From Octopus sinensis (lineage: Eukaryota), in NCBI RefSeq assembly GCF_006345805.1, contig NC_043007.1, positions 39,308,001 through 39,372,000 of the forward strand: 64,000 nt of DNA. The letters run 5' to 3'. Made by a program: the position numbers and the translations under genes. The notes beneath the pieces were generated by a model. The model had not been told where the DNA came from and searched no databases. It worked only from the letters and a program-made list of their open reading frames with translations. Each line of letters opens with the position of its first letter. Position 1 is the stretch's first letter. Shown here piece by piece: positions 48,690-61,785 of the stretch.

Positions 48690-50275
48690 TATAAATATAT
48701 ATATATATATTTATTACAAACACACACACACACACATTTAGCTTGGCCATTTCCATTGTCTTTTATATATTTTTTCAATTGTTTTTTTTTTGAACAATGG
48801 AAAACAAAGACTGTTTATCAATCCATTCTTCCCAACCATCTACCTTGATATCTTCCTACCTACCCTACAACCCATAACTAAGCCCACACACATTCATACA
48901 CACGTGTACATACAGACACACACACACATACATTCATACACACGTGTACATATACACACACATGCATGCAACATATGCAAGCAGAGACATGCATGTATCA
49001 TTGTCATTTAACATCCTCTGTTCGTACTGGCATGGGTTGGACAGTTTGGCAAGAGAAGCAAGCCAGAGGACTGAGCCAAACTGTCTGCTTTGGCATGGTT
49101 TCTATGGCTTGATGCCCTTTCTAACACCAACTACTTAGTTCAAAAGAGCACCATGTTTTTTTTGTGTGTGTGTGTGGAACCAGAAAGATCGCCAAGGTAC
49201 AGGAGTGGTTGCGTGGTAAGAAGCTTGCTTACCAACCACATGGTTCCGAGATCAGTTCCACTTCATGGAAACTTGGTTAAGTGTCTTCTACTATAGCCTC
49301 GGGCCAACCAAAGCCTTGTGAGTGGATCTGGTAGACAGAAACTGAAAGAAGCTTGTCCTATATACATATATATGTGTGTGTGTGTGTGTGTGTGTATGTT
49401 TATATTTGTGTGTTTATGTCTGTGTTTGTCCTTCCACTATTGCTTGATAACTGATCTTTGTGTGTTTACGTTGCCCATAACTTAGCAGTTCGGCAAAAGA
49501 GACTGATAGAATAAATACCAGGCTTACAGAGACTAAAAGGCAGTGCTCCAGCATGGCCACAGTCAAAATGACAAACAAGTAAAAGTGTAAAATAGGAGAG
49601 CTGTACTGAGGTAAGCAGCTTTGTGCCATGTGATCAGAAGTTGAAATATGATGGAGGGGCAGAAAAAGCTATCTTGCACTAGAGGAGAGAGACAGGACTA
49701 AGAGGGAAGATGGTAAAAAAAGATGTGACATTATATAAGTGAAGTGGTATAGAGGATTATATCATATTTGATTCAGTCATTAGACTGTGATCATTCTGGG
49801 GCACTGCCTTGAAGAATGTTTTTAGTTGAATGAATCAACCCAACCCAGTACTTATTCTATTGGTCTCTTTTGCCAAACTGCTACATTACGGGGATGTAAA
49901 CAAACCAACACTGGTTGTCCAGTAGTGGTGGAGGACAAACACAGACACGAAGAGCCACACACACACAAATACATCTATGTATGGCGGAATTCTTTCAGTT
50001 TCCATCTACCAAATCCACTCACAAGGATTTGGTTGTCTCGAGGCTATAAGAGAAGACACTTGCCCAAGGTGGCACGTAGTGGGATTGAACCTAGAACCAT
50101 GTGGTTGGGAAGCAAACTTCTCACTACACAGCCATGCCTGATATATAAAATGAGAACCTTAATAGCATACATGTATGCTATTAAGGTTCTCATTTTTGTT
50201 AAATGAATAAATAAGTCAACATTCTAATATCCGAAAACTGATGAACTAACTAAATTGTTTTTCCATTTTCTTATT

Positions 50276-50313
<38 letters not shown>

Positions 50314-50964
50314 TACAAACACACACACACACACATTTAGCTTGGCCATTTCCATTGTCTTTTATATATTTTTTCAATTGTTTTTTTTTTGAACAATGGA
50401 AAACAAAGACTGTTTATCAATCCATTCTTCCCAACCATCTACCTTGATATCTTCCTACCTACCCTACAACCCATAACTAAGCCCACACACATTCATACAC
50501 ACGTGTACATACAGACACACACACACACACATTCATACACACGTGTACATATACACACACATGCATGCAACATATGCAAGCAGAGACATGCATGTATCAT
50601 TGTCATTTAACATCCTCTGTTCGTACTGGCATGGGTTGGACAGTTTGGCAAGAGAAGCAAGCCAGAGGACTGAGCCAAACTGTCTGCTTTGGCATGGTTT
50701 CTATGGCTTGATGCCCTTTCTAACACCAACTACTTAGTTCAAAAGAGCACCATGTTTTTTTTGTGTGTGTGTGTGGAACCAGAAAGATCGCCAAAGTACA
50801 GGAGTGGTTGCGTGGTAAGAAGCTTGCTTACCAACCACATGGTTCCGAGATCAGTTCCACTTCATGGAAACTTGGTTAAGTGTCTTCTACTATAGCCTCG
50901 GGCCAACCAAAGCCTTGTGAGTGGATCTGGTAGACAGAAACTGAAAGAAGCTTGTCCTATATAC

Positions 50965-51004
<40 letters not shown>

Positions 51005-51880
51005 TTATATTTGTGTGTTTATGTCTGTGTTTGTCCTTCCACTATTGCTTGACAACTGATCTTTGTGTGTTTACGTTGCCCATAACTTAGCAGTTCGGCA
51101 AAAGAGACTGATAGAATAAATACCAGGCTTACAGAGACTAAAAGGCAGTGCTCCAGCATGGCCACAGTCAAAATGACAAACAAGTAAAAGTGTAAAATAG
51201 GAGAGCTGTACTGAGGTAAGCAGCTTTGTGCCATGTGATCAGAAGTTGAAATATGATGGAGGGGCAGAAAAAGCTATCTTGCACTAGAGGAGAGAGACAG
51301 GACTAAGAGGGAAGATGGTAAAAAAAGATGTGACATTATATAAGTGAAGTGGTATAGAGGATTATATCATATTTGATTCAGTCATTAGACTGCGATCATT
51401 CTGGGGCACTGCCTTGAAGAATGTTTTTAGTTGAATGAATCAACCCAACCCAGTACTTATTCTATTGGTCTCTTTTGCCAAACTGCTACATTACGGGGAT
51501 GTAAACAAACCAACACTGGTTGTCCAGTAGTGGTGGAGGACAAACACAGACACGAAGAGCCACACACACACAAATACATCTATGTATGGCGGAATTCTTT
51601 CAGTTTCCATCTACCAAATCCACTCACAAGGATTTGGTTGTCTCGAGGCTATAAGAGAAGACACTTGCCCAAGGTGGCACGTAGTGGGATTGAACCTAGA
51701 ACCATGTGGTTGGGAAGCAAACTTCTCACTACACAGCCATGCCTGATATATAAAATGAGAACCTTAATAGCATACATGTATGCTATTAAGGTTCTCATTT
51801 TTGTTAAATGAATAAATAAGTCAACATTCTAATATCCGAAAACTGATGAACTAACTAAATTGTTTTTCCATTTTCTTATT

Positions 51881-51910
<30 letters not shown>
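48690..51910. repeat. Tandem duplication, 2 x about 1.6 kb
   Basis: TTATTACAAACAC at 48711 and 50310 (offset 1599); about 5 substitutions seen; bounded by (AT)n. Confidence 0.97.
49197..50140. mobile_element. Inverted pair of family B SINEs (plus 49197-49590, minus 49775-50140), repeated at 50797-51745
   Basis: Tail-to-tail copies about 185 bp apart. Confidence 0.85.
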
Positions 51911-51911
<1 letters not shown>

Positions 51912-52000
51912 GTTGAAATTTACAGAAAAACAAAAGACGAAGACATGTGTATGAACAACAAGCAGGTATATTAGTTTGACACTCAGGAAAGTAAGAAAGT

Positions 52001-52036
52001 CTTTTACATTTCGAGCCTATGCTCTTCAACAGAAAG
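52001..52036 (-). ncRNA. Minimal type I hammerhead motif (A6 to U) in a Penelope-terminal-repeat-like insert (51910-52090)
   Basis: Minus strand CTTT-CTGTTGA-A-GAGC/atag/GCTC-GAAA-TGT-A-AAAG. Confidence 0.6.
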
Positions 52037-53194
52037 GAATGAGAGAAAATAAACAGAGAGAATACACACACGCATGCACACACATATTTAATGCACAACA
52101 TACACCACACACCCAAACTGCAGTAGTCAATTTTTTGATGTTAGTGACACCAATCTACTTGTGCTCTTTTTGCCAAAGATCATTCAAAATAGTGGTTGTT
52201 TTCCTCAGTTTTCATTGACAAATCATGAAGTTATAAGTCCAGCCTTTCAGAAGTAGTTTTACATGGCTGCCCATCACAAGGTGCTCAACAGTTACTGAAT
52301 ATTTAACAAGAGTAATCATGGCTTTAAAAGTCCATTTCAGGGTCTACTGTTGGACAAGTCTCGGTTGTGTCTCAGACAACATCTATCACAGCAGGTCTTA
52401 GGAGTTTATAACGAAATAGTAAATAGTTTGTCTTAGATGAAGTGTAAGACTAACTCTTAAAATTAAGATCACTTCTCGTTTTTTGTACAATAAATCTAAA
52501 TTCCTTTTGTGGCTTTATTAAAACTATCAGTAATTGCATTATGCTCATTGAAATTCTTACATTTAATTTACGTACGTCATTCATAAGAATTAAAAAGGAT
52601 ATTTGTCTTCCCACTGTTAAATTGTTTGAATCATAAGTGATTAAATTGACGGAAATAATTAACGTTTAATTATCAGTGTACTTGTCTTTAAACCAAGTGA
52701 CACCACTTTGTATGTCTATGTATATATATATATTATATATATATATACATACATACACACACACACACACAAGCAGATAACTGCATTGATTGCACCAATT
52801 TCAAAGAAAAAATTTGCTATTTTATCTGACAAATAAATTTTTATTTCTTTCTAGTCTAAAACATTAGATATATTTTCTAAGAAACTAATTATCAGTCTCA
52901 TTACACTACTTCCTTGTTTGCCAATTTTTAATCGTTTCATACTAACTGGGATAGGTTCTTCACAATACAAATCCACAGAATATATTTCCTATGTAGTCTA
53001 ACATTATTCAGGCCTGTCACACAAGTCGACCCTACTCCAGCAAGAACTACAATCAAAGGTATTCTTGTTAATGCTTTCCATCTATTTTTCATATATATTT
53101 AAACTAACCCCCCATTAACCAGTACCCAATATTAAACAGCTGTAAGTGATAAGTGAGTATTTTTAGAGGGTATGTACCATGCTTTAGCTGCATA

Positions 53195-53437
53195 TGATGG
53201 GGTTCTGAAAAGTTCCTGGCTTTGGGTTAAAAAAAAAATACAGGAGGATCAGTTAATTATGATTTTATTCAACATAGGCGCAGGAGTGGCTGTGTAGTAA
53301 GTAGCTTGCTTACTAACCACATGGTTCCGGGTTCATTCTCACTGTGTGGCACCTTGGGCAAGTGTCTTCTGCTATAGCCTCAGGCAAACCAAAGCCTCGT
53401 GAGTGGATTTGGTAGACGGAAACTGAAAGAAGTCCAT

Positions 53438-53525
<88 letters not shown>

Positions 53526-53883
53526 GTGTATGTATATGTTTGTGTCTGTGTTTGCCCCCCCAACATCGCTTGACAACCGATGCTGGTGTTTGCGTCCCTG
53601 TAACTTAGTGGTTTGGCAAAAGAGCCTGATAGAATAAGTACTAGGCTTACAAAGAATAAGTCCTGGGGTAGATTTGCTCAACTAAAGGCAGTGCTCCAGC
53701 ATGGCCATAGTCAGATAACTGAAACAAGTAAAAGAGTAAAGAGAGTATATTCCTTTCTCAGATTCACACACTAACTGAAGCGGTCATTCAGTTTTTCTAA
53801 GTCCTGTAAAAGAACCCAGAAGGTTGGGCCTCCAGCCAGGCTTTTCACGATACCCTTAAAGCCAGGAACTTTTGAGCACCCAT
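53195..53883. mobile_element. Mariner-derived MITE interrupted by a family B SINE (53274-53745)
   Basis: TA-flanked TIRs GGGGTTCTGAAAAGTTCCTGGCTTT and (rc) GGGTGCTCAAAAGTTCCTGGCTTT; rejoined CAACATATTCC reads EYVE* on the minus strand, like a mariner C-terminus. Confidence 0.82.
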
Positions 53884-54243
53884 TAGCTTGTAGCCACAAG
53901 CTAACGTAGACACTCTCTTAGCCCTCACACATTTGACTCAGCATAACACTGAGGATTTAGCAGCTAGGGTGATGGGAAAAGACAGGGTTGTACTACCTAT
54001 CAAATAGTACTCATTTCAACCAAAATGTCTCGCTCAAGGATATAATATACAATTTCACCCGGGAATCACACACACGAGCTAATGATCAGGAGTCTATCAG
54101 CCCTAACCATTAAGCCAGATGCCTATTCACATGATTTAATTCTTTCATTACCAGATTTCTGTCAAAATGCATTGGGTTTGTTTCAAATAATTTAGAAAAT
54201 ACTGAAGAATTTAGTAAAATAACTGTCATTATTAAGCAGATGT

Positions 54244-54460
54244 AAGGTGGCAAACTGGCAGAATCATTAGCAAGTTGTACAAAACATTTAGTTGCATTTC
54301 ACATGTCTTTACATTCTGAGTTCAAATTCCACTAAGGTCGACTCTGCCTTTCATTCTTTTAGGTTTTATAAAATAAGTACTAGTTGAGCACTGGGTCAAT
54401 GTAACAGACTTAATTGCCTCCCTTAAAGTTGCTGGCCTTGTGCCAAAATTTGAAATCATT
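54244..54460 (+). mobile_element. Family C SINE with about 18-bp TSD inside an M3 MITE remnant
   Basis: TCATTATTAAG(C/T)AGATGT at 54226-54243 and 54456-54473. Confidence 0.88.
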
Positions 54461-54949
54461 ATTAAGTAGATGTTTGGAATATAAATTAACACGAAATTCT
54501 GACGGAAAATTATAATTTAGACCACTTTAAAACCTCAAGTTTGTGTCATAAAACCAGAGACAGTCCCTGGCAGGGTGATCTCAAAATAGCTGCTATTCCT
54601 AACTGGTTGAACATAGCATAGAAGCTTTCTCATTAGCTCAGTTTTACATATACTTGCTTAGGTTCAGCTCACCACTGACCCATTACACCTATTATCAAAA
54701 TAAATTCTGTTCTATCACTATCCATCCCATGTTCGATATTTTTTGGAGGCTACAAGAGTGTTACATTATCCAAGTGTTCTCCCCTTATTTTTAAGATGTT
54801 AAATTAGCATGTGATTGGAAAGGGACTTGGCTATTATTTTTAGTAGGTCCACCAATTGCATAGAAGCTCCATTACTGTTTGGATGTGATCAGGTTGTAGA
54901 TCATGTTTAACCCCAAGACAGTCTTCATCAACCAGACACATTTATTTTT

Positions 54950-55300
54950 TTATCTTTTATACGTTTCAGTCATTTGACTGTGGCCATGCTGGGGTGCCAA
55001 CTTGAAGAGTTTCTGTTGAGCAAATTGACCCCAGTACTTACATTTTTCAAGTCTAGCACTTATTCTACTGTCAAGCAGTGGGGGGGGGACGCAAAGCACA
55101 TACACATAGATACACACACACACACACACATATACATGACAGGCTTCTTTCAGTTTCATTCTACTAAATCTATTCAAAAGGCTTTGGTCAGCCCAAGGCT
55201 ACAGTAGAAGACACTTGCTGAAGGTGCCATACAGTGGGACTGAACCCGGAATCATGTGGTTGAGAAGTGTGCTTCTTATCATACAACCACACCTGTGCTT
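54950..55300 (-). mobile_element. Family B SINE
   Basis: Reverse complement of family B with an internal deletion. Confidence 0.82.
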
Positions 55301-55894
55301 CATTCACAATGTTTGTAGGATTACATCATCCAGTAGTAAACTGTGATTTTAGGGCAATTTAGCTACTCTTTCTTTGCAAGTCAAACTGCAATTAAGTAGA
55401 GGCACCAGCTTTATCTCGGGACATGCCATTGCTATGTCATCAGAAAGAGAGAGGGGAAGAGAGAGGGGAAAGGGAGAGGAGAGAGAGCAAGTGTGAAAAT
55501 GAAGGAGCAGATGACCAATGTGCTTTCAGGTGAGTGTAAAGAAATAACGAGGTGCACAGGTTTACAACAACAAAGGAGGGAAAAAAAAAGAAAGAAATCA
55601 AACAGAAAAGCAGGAACAACAACAGCACCATTTTAACATCCACATTTTCATGTTTCCATAGGTAAAAAAAAATATATGTTTTAGAGATAGATTTTGTAAG
55701 AGTGGATGCTCTTCCTGTCGTCTACCCTCACCTATTTCCAAGCAAGGTAATATTTCCACACAGCCAGACATGTTTTTGCAGCATACTGGAAATGACGGTT
55801 ACTCCTTCATTTACAGCTATCATGTGACATCGAGTCAACAAGGAGATACAAACATTAACACACAGATACAATAATACATATTTTCTCTTTCTTT

Positions 55895-56445
55895 TATATC
55901 TTTTACTCGTTTTAGTTATTAGACTGCAGCCATGTAGGGGCACTACCTTGAAGAATCTTTAGTTGAATGATTGACCCTAGAACTTATCTTAAGACAGACT
56001 TATACTAGTGATCACGTTTGTTGAACTGCTAAGTTATGGGGACATAAACAAACCAACACCAGTTACCCAGCGGTGGTGGAACATACACACACACACACGT
56101 ACACAATGGGCTTCTTTCAATACCTGTCTACCAAACCCACTCACAAAGCTTTGGTCAGCCCGAAGCAATAATAGAAGACACTTGCCAAAGGTGCCAGAAC
56201 CATATGGATGGAAAGCAACCTTCTCACCACACCCCTACACTTATTCTTACAGACATACACACACACACACCTGGCTTCTTTCAATCTCCACCTGCCAAAA
56301 TCACTAACAATCCTTTGGTGGGCCCAGGGCTACAGCAGAATACACTGTGACACCTTAGCAGAGGTGCCTAAGGTGCCACAAAATAGGACTGAACTTGAAA
56401 CGATGTAGTTGGCAAGCAAACTTCTTAACCACACAGCCATGCCTG
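55895..56445 (-). mobile_element. Family B SINE copies, partly duplicated
   Basis: Repeated GGCTTCTTTCAA..CCAAA..CACT.ACAA..CTTTGGT blocks. Confidence 0.75.
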
Positions 56446-58936
56446 CATCTCAATGTCAACATCTATGAATAATTACTGGAAGAATAACAAGGTCATTAGA
56501 GTTTAGAATTAATAATTTTCTCTTACTCTCCCTCCAATGCCAATGTATATATATGTGTGTTACCATCACCACTTCTCGCCCCCTGAAGAATGAATTGAAG
56601 CAGCTATCTGGAGCATAATTGTCGTAATCAAGGAAGCCAGCCACATCCAGTTCATCAGTTGGGATTCTTTACACAAGGAACAAAATTCATGTGATAAGTA
56701 CTTGCCATATGTGGACCTAGCTAACGAGTAATAAATAATGAGTCAGTTTTTGGTCTCAGGGGGTGTGTAGAGGACTGGGTGGAGTGGCATGGAAAGTGAC
56801 AGGAGGAGGACAAGATAAAACAAAAGTGAGGGGGGGCAGATTGTTCCCAAAAAACACACATGCAAGCATACAGAACAAAGGCTACAAAGAACTAATATCA
56901 AAGTAGTATCAAATGAAGGTGACGATGATGATGATAATGATCATAATAATGATGATAATGGCAGTGATGGTGATCATATTAATGGTGATGATCATGACAG
57001 TGGTGATGATGGAGATGGTTTAGAACATTTTGAAAGAGAAACAAAAATCATTAATGCTATCAAATAATTGGTTGTAATATATGTCCACATGTTGGTGGTG
57101 GGGGGGTTATTTACTTGTCCTTAATGTAACCCTCTTTGGTTTCTTAATTTCACAAAAGACACCAGGCAGATGGCTGCGTTGACAGGGTAGTGGAGAACCA
57201 CAACTCAATCTGCTAGAAATAGCAACCACACACCCGACTCTACAATTTTCTCTTGGTGATGATAGAAAGGACCCAAAGTAGTCCTAGATAACACTAAAGG
57301 AAAGTAATTCTAAGAAAAAAAAATAAAATAAAAAAAATGGTAGGGTCACATTTGGATTGCCACTTGATTGTAGATCTTTCTGACTTAGGATGACCTGGAT
57401 TAAGTAAAAACAATTGACAAGAGTTAGCTGGCTTAATGCCAGCTTTGCCAAGGATGCTGTGCAAATAAACATGAGCAACACACTTCAGTTTCAATAGCTA
57501 GTTCCATATAGCCTTAAGTAGTTGTTGTTTGATCCTTCCACGGCCCTTATCCAGCAGCTATATGATCAAAGATGGTCCAGCCTTAACCCTCCCAACATTT
57601 TTTTTTTAAACTAGATAGAATTGTCGTAGGTGCTGGTTAAGAAGCTTGCTTCCCAACAACATGGTTTTTTAGGCAAGTATACCAACCAAAGCCCTGTGAG
57701 TGAATTTATTAAGCAGAAACTAGAAAAGCCAGTCAAAGTGGAGAGAGAGAGGGGAGGAGAGAGAGAGAGAGAGAGAGAGATAGGTATATGTATACATATG
57801 TATATATGCATGTGTGTGTGCATTTATTTCCAATCAGCCATGAAAACATGTCCACCCATAAGGAAATATTACCTTGGTTGGAAACATGTGAGGGATGACA
57901 AGATGACCCTTTACCAGTGTGAAACTGTTCTATGAAACAGATATAGGTAAGGTGACTGTGTCGGATAGTCTTAGAGTACCAGCTAATGAGCCATGAGTTG
58001 CTGTTGTCTAACTTTAAATCAGGTGGTTAGGTAACCATGTGGTTAGGGAACAAACTTCTTATTCACATGGCTATGCTTCTTAAAAAAAAGTAATTGGATT
58101 AAAACAGCAAAAAACTCATCATCATTCACATCATTCAACATTTGTTTTCCATGCTAGCATAAGTTGGATGATTTTGGCAGGGGGTCGAACAAGCCAGAGA
58201 CCTGCATTAGACCCCAATGGCAGCTTTGGTATGATTTTTTATGGCTGGATGCCCTTCTTAACACCAACCACTTTACAGTGTGTACTGGATGCTTTTTTTT
58301 CTGTGACACTGGCACTAAGGAGACGGCCAGGTGACTTGTAAGACAGTAATAAAGAGAAAAATGAAGGAGACCTCTGAACTGAGTGGGAATGTATTTTAGG
58401 GTGAAGTGGGGTGGTTTTATGCAAGGTATTGCAGGCTAAAGTATGATAAGTAGGCAAGTACTGGTGTCTTGCTATAGAGAAGATACATGGCTTCTCTGCA
58501 TTATGCGATGGTGGGTGAGAATAACTGGTAGGGAGATAAATATCGTGGAGATGGAGTGTGCTGCAGAGAGTATATAACAGGCCACCAAGCAATAAGCATG
58601 TAATTCTAGTCTGATCAAATTTGTCATTATATAGTGAAGGTGTGTGGCCTAATGGTTAGGCTCTTGTACTCATGATCACTAGATCGTAGGTTCAATTCCC
58701 AGACCGGATGACACGCTGTGTTCTTTAGCAAAACTCCTTATTTCACATTGCTCCAGTCCCCACTTTTGATCAGTGGGGAATGTTAGCCTGCTTGCCTAGC
58801 CAGCAGGGTGGTATTATTCGAAGGCTAAAACAGTGCAAAGCACATTGTGACCGGCAATAGTCAGATCGGTCATGTGATCACGTGAATGTCTAATAAAAAT
58901 TATATTAAAATCTTAGCAGTTTTAGTTATAGCTGAA

Positions 58937-59524
58937 CCCTTTTGATACAATCCTGCCTGACACTGCATCTGGTTCTAAGCTTCACAGTCCCTGATTTAAA
59001 ATTATCTTAATTAAAACCTTTCATCAAAATTTCATGTTATGTGCCAAACACAAGCTAAGTAACGACAAAGTTATTTTACTAAATTATTAATTACAAGCAA
59101 AATGTCCCTGTCCAATGGACAGTGCTGAGTTGTCAAACATTTAAATCAAATTTTCTCAAAACAACTCGTCCGGCCGTCCCATAAGCCTCCCCTTTGAAAA
59201 ACACTGATTTAATCTAAATTTGAGACACCAACAAAAGAAGAAATAATGGTAGACTTTTTTTCTATTCCAAAGAAAAACGATTTCCCATGGCTTTATCGAT
59301 CACATTCTCACCAGGAATCGATTTTTGTAATTTTTTCAAAGCTTATATACGCCCTGATACCGTCGGTATCTACATATCAAATTTGAACGCAATCGGATGG
59401 AGGATGCCCAAGATCCTAGAAGCCACACACACAGACAGACAGACAGAATGGATTTTATATGAGATATTTAAAATTAATTGAAACTAAGGTAAGGTATTTC
59501 AACAGAAATATGGTAACAAAAGGG
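58937..59524. mobile_element. piggyBac-type MITE (family M3) hosting a Helitron
   Basis: TGAA-CCCTTTTGATAC ... GTAACAAAAGGG-TTAA (TIR 11/12); fragments also at about 31766-31975, 33721-33800 and 54150-54570. Confidence 0.8.
59094..59464 (-). mobile_element. Non-autonomous Helitron (371 bp)
   Basis: Minus strand A|TC 5' end, (CTGT)n near the 5' end, hairpin CTGTCC-ATT-GGACAG 10 nt before a CTTG|T 3' end; no TSD. Confidence 0.8.
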
Positions 59525-60024
59525 TTAATAAGAGGTAAAAAAAAAAAGTAGCTTTGATGACCTTTTACCAAGAACCCAAAGATCCAAAGATGTAACATCC
59601 ACTTTTCCATGAAATTCATTAAAGGGGATTTCTTATGGCTACATACCCTTCCTGCTACCAGCTTTTACTGATTTCCAAGCAAGGTAATACTTCCCCATAA
59701 CACAATCTGACAGGATATTGAAAATGAAGGACGTCACATGCATGAATATGACACTTGTTTACAACTATCAGATTACATCAAAGCAAGGAGAAATTAACAC
59801 ACACATCAACAAAATCCTTATCATTTAACATCTGTTCTCCTGCTGGCATGGGTTGGATGGTTTGACAGAAGCTGGTCAGGAAGCAGTGCTGCCCAGGTTC
59901 CATTTTGTCTGCTTCGGCAGGATTTTTACAGCTGGATAACCTTCCCAATGCCAACCACTTTACAGAGTGTATCAAGTGCTTTTAATATGACACCAGCACA
60001 GGCACCTACGAACCATATATGCAT

Positions 60025-60326
60025 TGTTTGTTCCTTCTCGAGCCATGCCTGGTTTATAAGGGCCAGTTTCCCAGTTTCCTTGGCGTATAAGTTCCCCACC
60101 TGGACAGGACTCCAGTCCGTTGCAGGTGAGCTGCAAGATGCAGGGGGAAAGAGTGAGAGAAAATTGTGGTGAAAGAGTCAGCAGAAGTTCTGACATTATT
60201 TTGCTGGATCGCATGGAGCTTAGGTGTTTCGCTCATAAACACACACGTCGCCCAGTCTGAGATTCGAACCCGCAATCCCTTGACCACGAGTCTGCTGCTC
60301 TAACCACTAGGCCATGTGCCTCCACT
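60025..60326 (-). mobile_element. Family D SINE with 13-bp TSD
   Basis: ACCATATATGCAT at 60012-60024 and 60327-60339. Confidence 0.9.
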
Positions 60327-61564
60327 ACCATATATGCATATAACAGGCTTATTTCAGTTTTCTTCAATCAAATTCACACAGGCTTTAGTAGAAGACACTT
60401 GCCCAAGATGCTGTGCAGTGGGACTGAAATAAAAACCTTGTGGTTGGGAAGCAAACGTTTTACAGTTGGAGAAAAAAAAAAACATGAAAAAAAACCCCCA
60501 CAATTTGGACCTAATCTAAATTCTTGCAATAGGATGCTTGATTAATAAATTGATGATTCCCATGAATTAAAATATGTGTATTTAGTATTCCTTGGTGGTT
60601 AGATCTAATCCATCAAAAGATTTAACAGCCACCATCTGGTTCCTTGTTTGCTGTTGAGTGTCAAACTCTACAGCAAACATTCAGACCAGGTCTACCATCT
60701 GGTTCATCATCTCCTTTCCCCTGAACCAGTCTCAGTGATCCTTCAAAAAAGTCATAGGCACTGCCTTTCCTTCTGTGACTAATATTCCCTATGACTAATT
60801 CTATCCCAGTAGTGATTTGGTAGAGTTGCAAGAGGGTTCAACAGATGTGTTCAAGCACCTATCTGCATTCCAAGTTCAAATCCTGACGAAGTCAACTTAT
60901 CCTTTTTATTTTTTTCTTTAATCCTTTTGGAGTAATAAATAGAAGTGCCAATCAAGGGTAGTTGGTTTAGCACTGATCTTAGGTCTTTGTGTTTTGAGTT
61001 CAAATTTCAGCCAGATGCCAATGTGCTAAATCCAGCCAACACTCCAGCCAACAAAAAAATTCCCAACATGGAATGGCTGTAGTTAAGAAGTTTGCTTTGC
61101 AATCATGATGCTTTTAGTTCAAGCCCACTGTGTGACACCTTGGGCAAATACTGCTACTATAGTCTTGGGCTATCCGATGCCTGATGAATTTGGTAGAGAG
61201 ATATTGTGTGGAAACCTGTCGTGTGTGTGTATGTGTCTGTGTAATCTTCCTACCTGCACACAATATGCCCCTGCTAAATCCCTTTCCCAACACCTCTAGC
61301 TCCCGCTCTTCTCACGAAATCTTGTGAACTCATCCACCTACCCATCTTCTTCAATCCTCTGTCCACTCCACTATATACAGCACCATGTAACTTGGGTGTA
61401 TGACCCTTGCCCCATATGTCACATCCCCAACATCCTTCTTTCCTCTCTCACATCTCATCTAAGAAAGCCATGTCTCCCTTCTAATGCAAGACACCTTTTA
61501 TGTCCCTCAATACAACTCTCCAACCCCATTTGAGGGGTTTTGCCCTGCAAGTCACTTGGTGACC

Positions 61565-61750
61565 TCACTGCTGTCCATGTCATGTAAAAAGCGCTCTGCA
61601 CACTCTGTAGAGTGCTCGGCATTAGGAAGGACATCCAACCACAGAAACCATGCCAAAACAGACAGCAGAGACTAGCGTAGTCTTCTGACTTGCTTATTCC
61701 TGTCAAACTGTCCAACCCATGTCAGGTCAGCATGGAAAATGACCATTAAA

Positions 61751-61782
<32 letters not shown>

Positions 61783-61785
61783 CAT
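61565..61785 (+). mobile_element. Family F (RTE 3' UTR) fragment, (GAT)n tail
   Basis: GGCATTAGGAAGGACATCCAACC..CAGCATGGAAAATGACCATTAAA..GATGATG. Confidence 0.8.

Noticed and set aside
49826-50206. 126-aa ORF, duplicated at 51431-51811
   Set aside because: It is an antisense read-through of a family B SINE.
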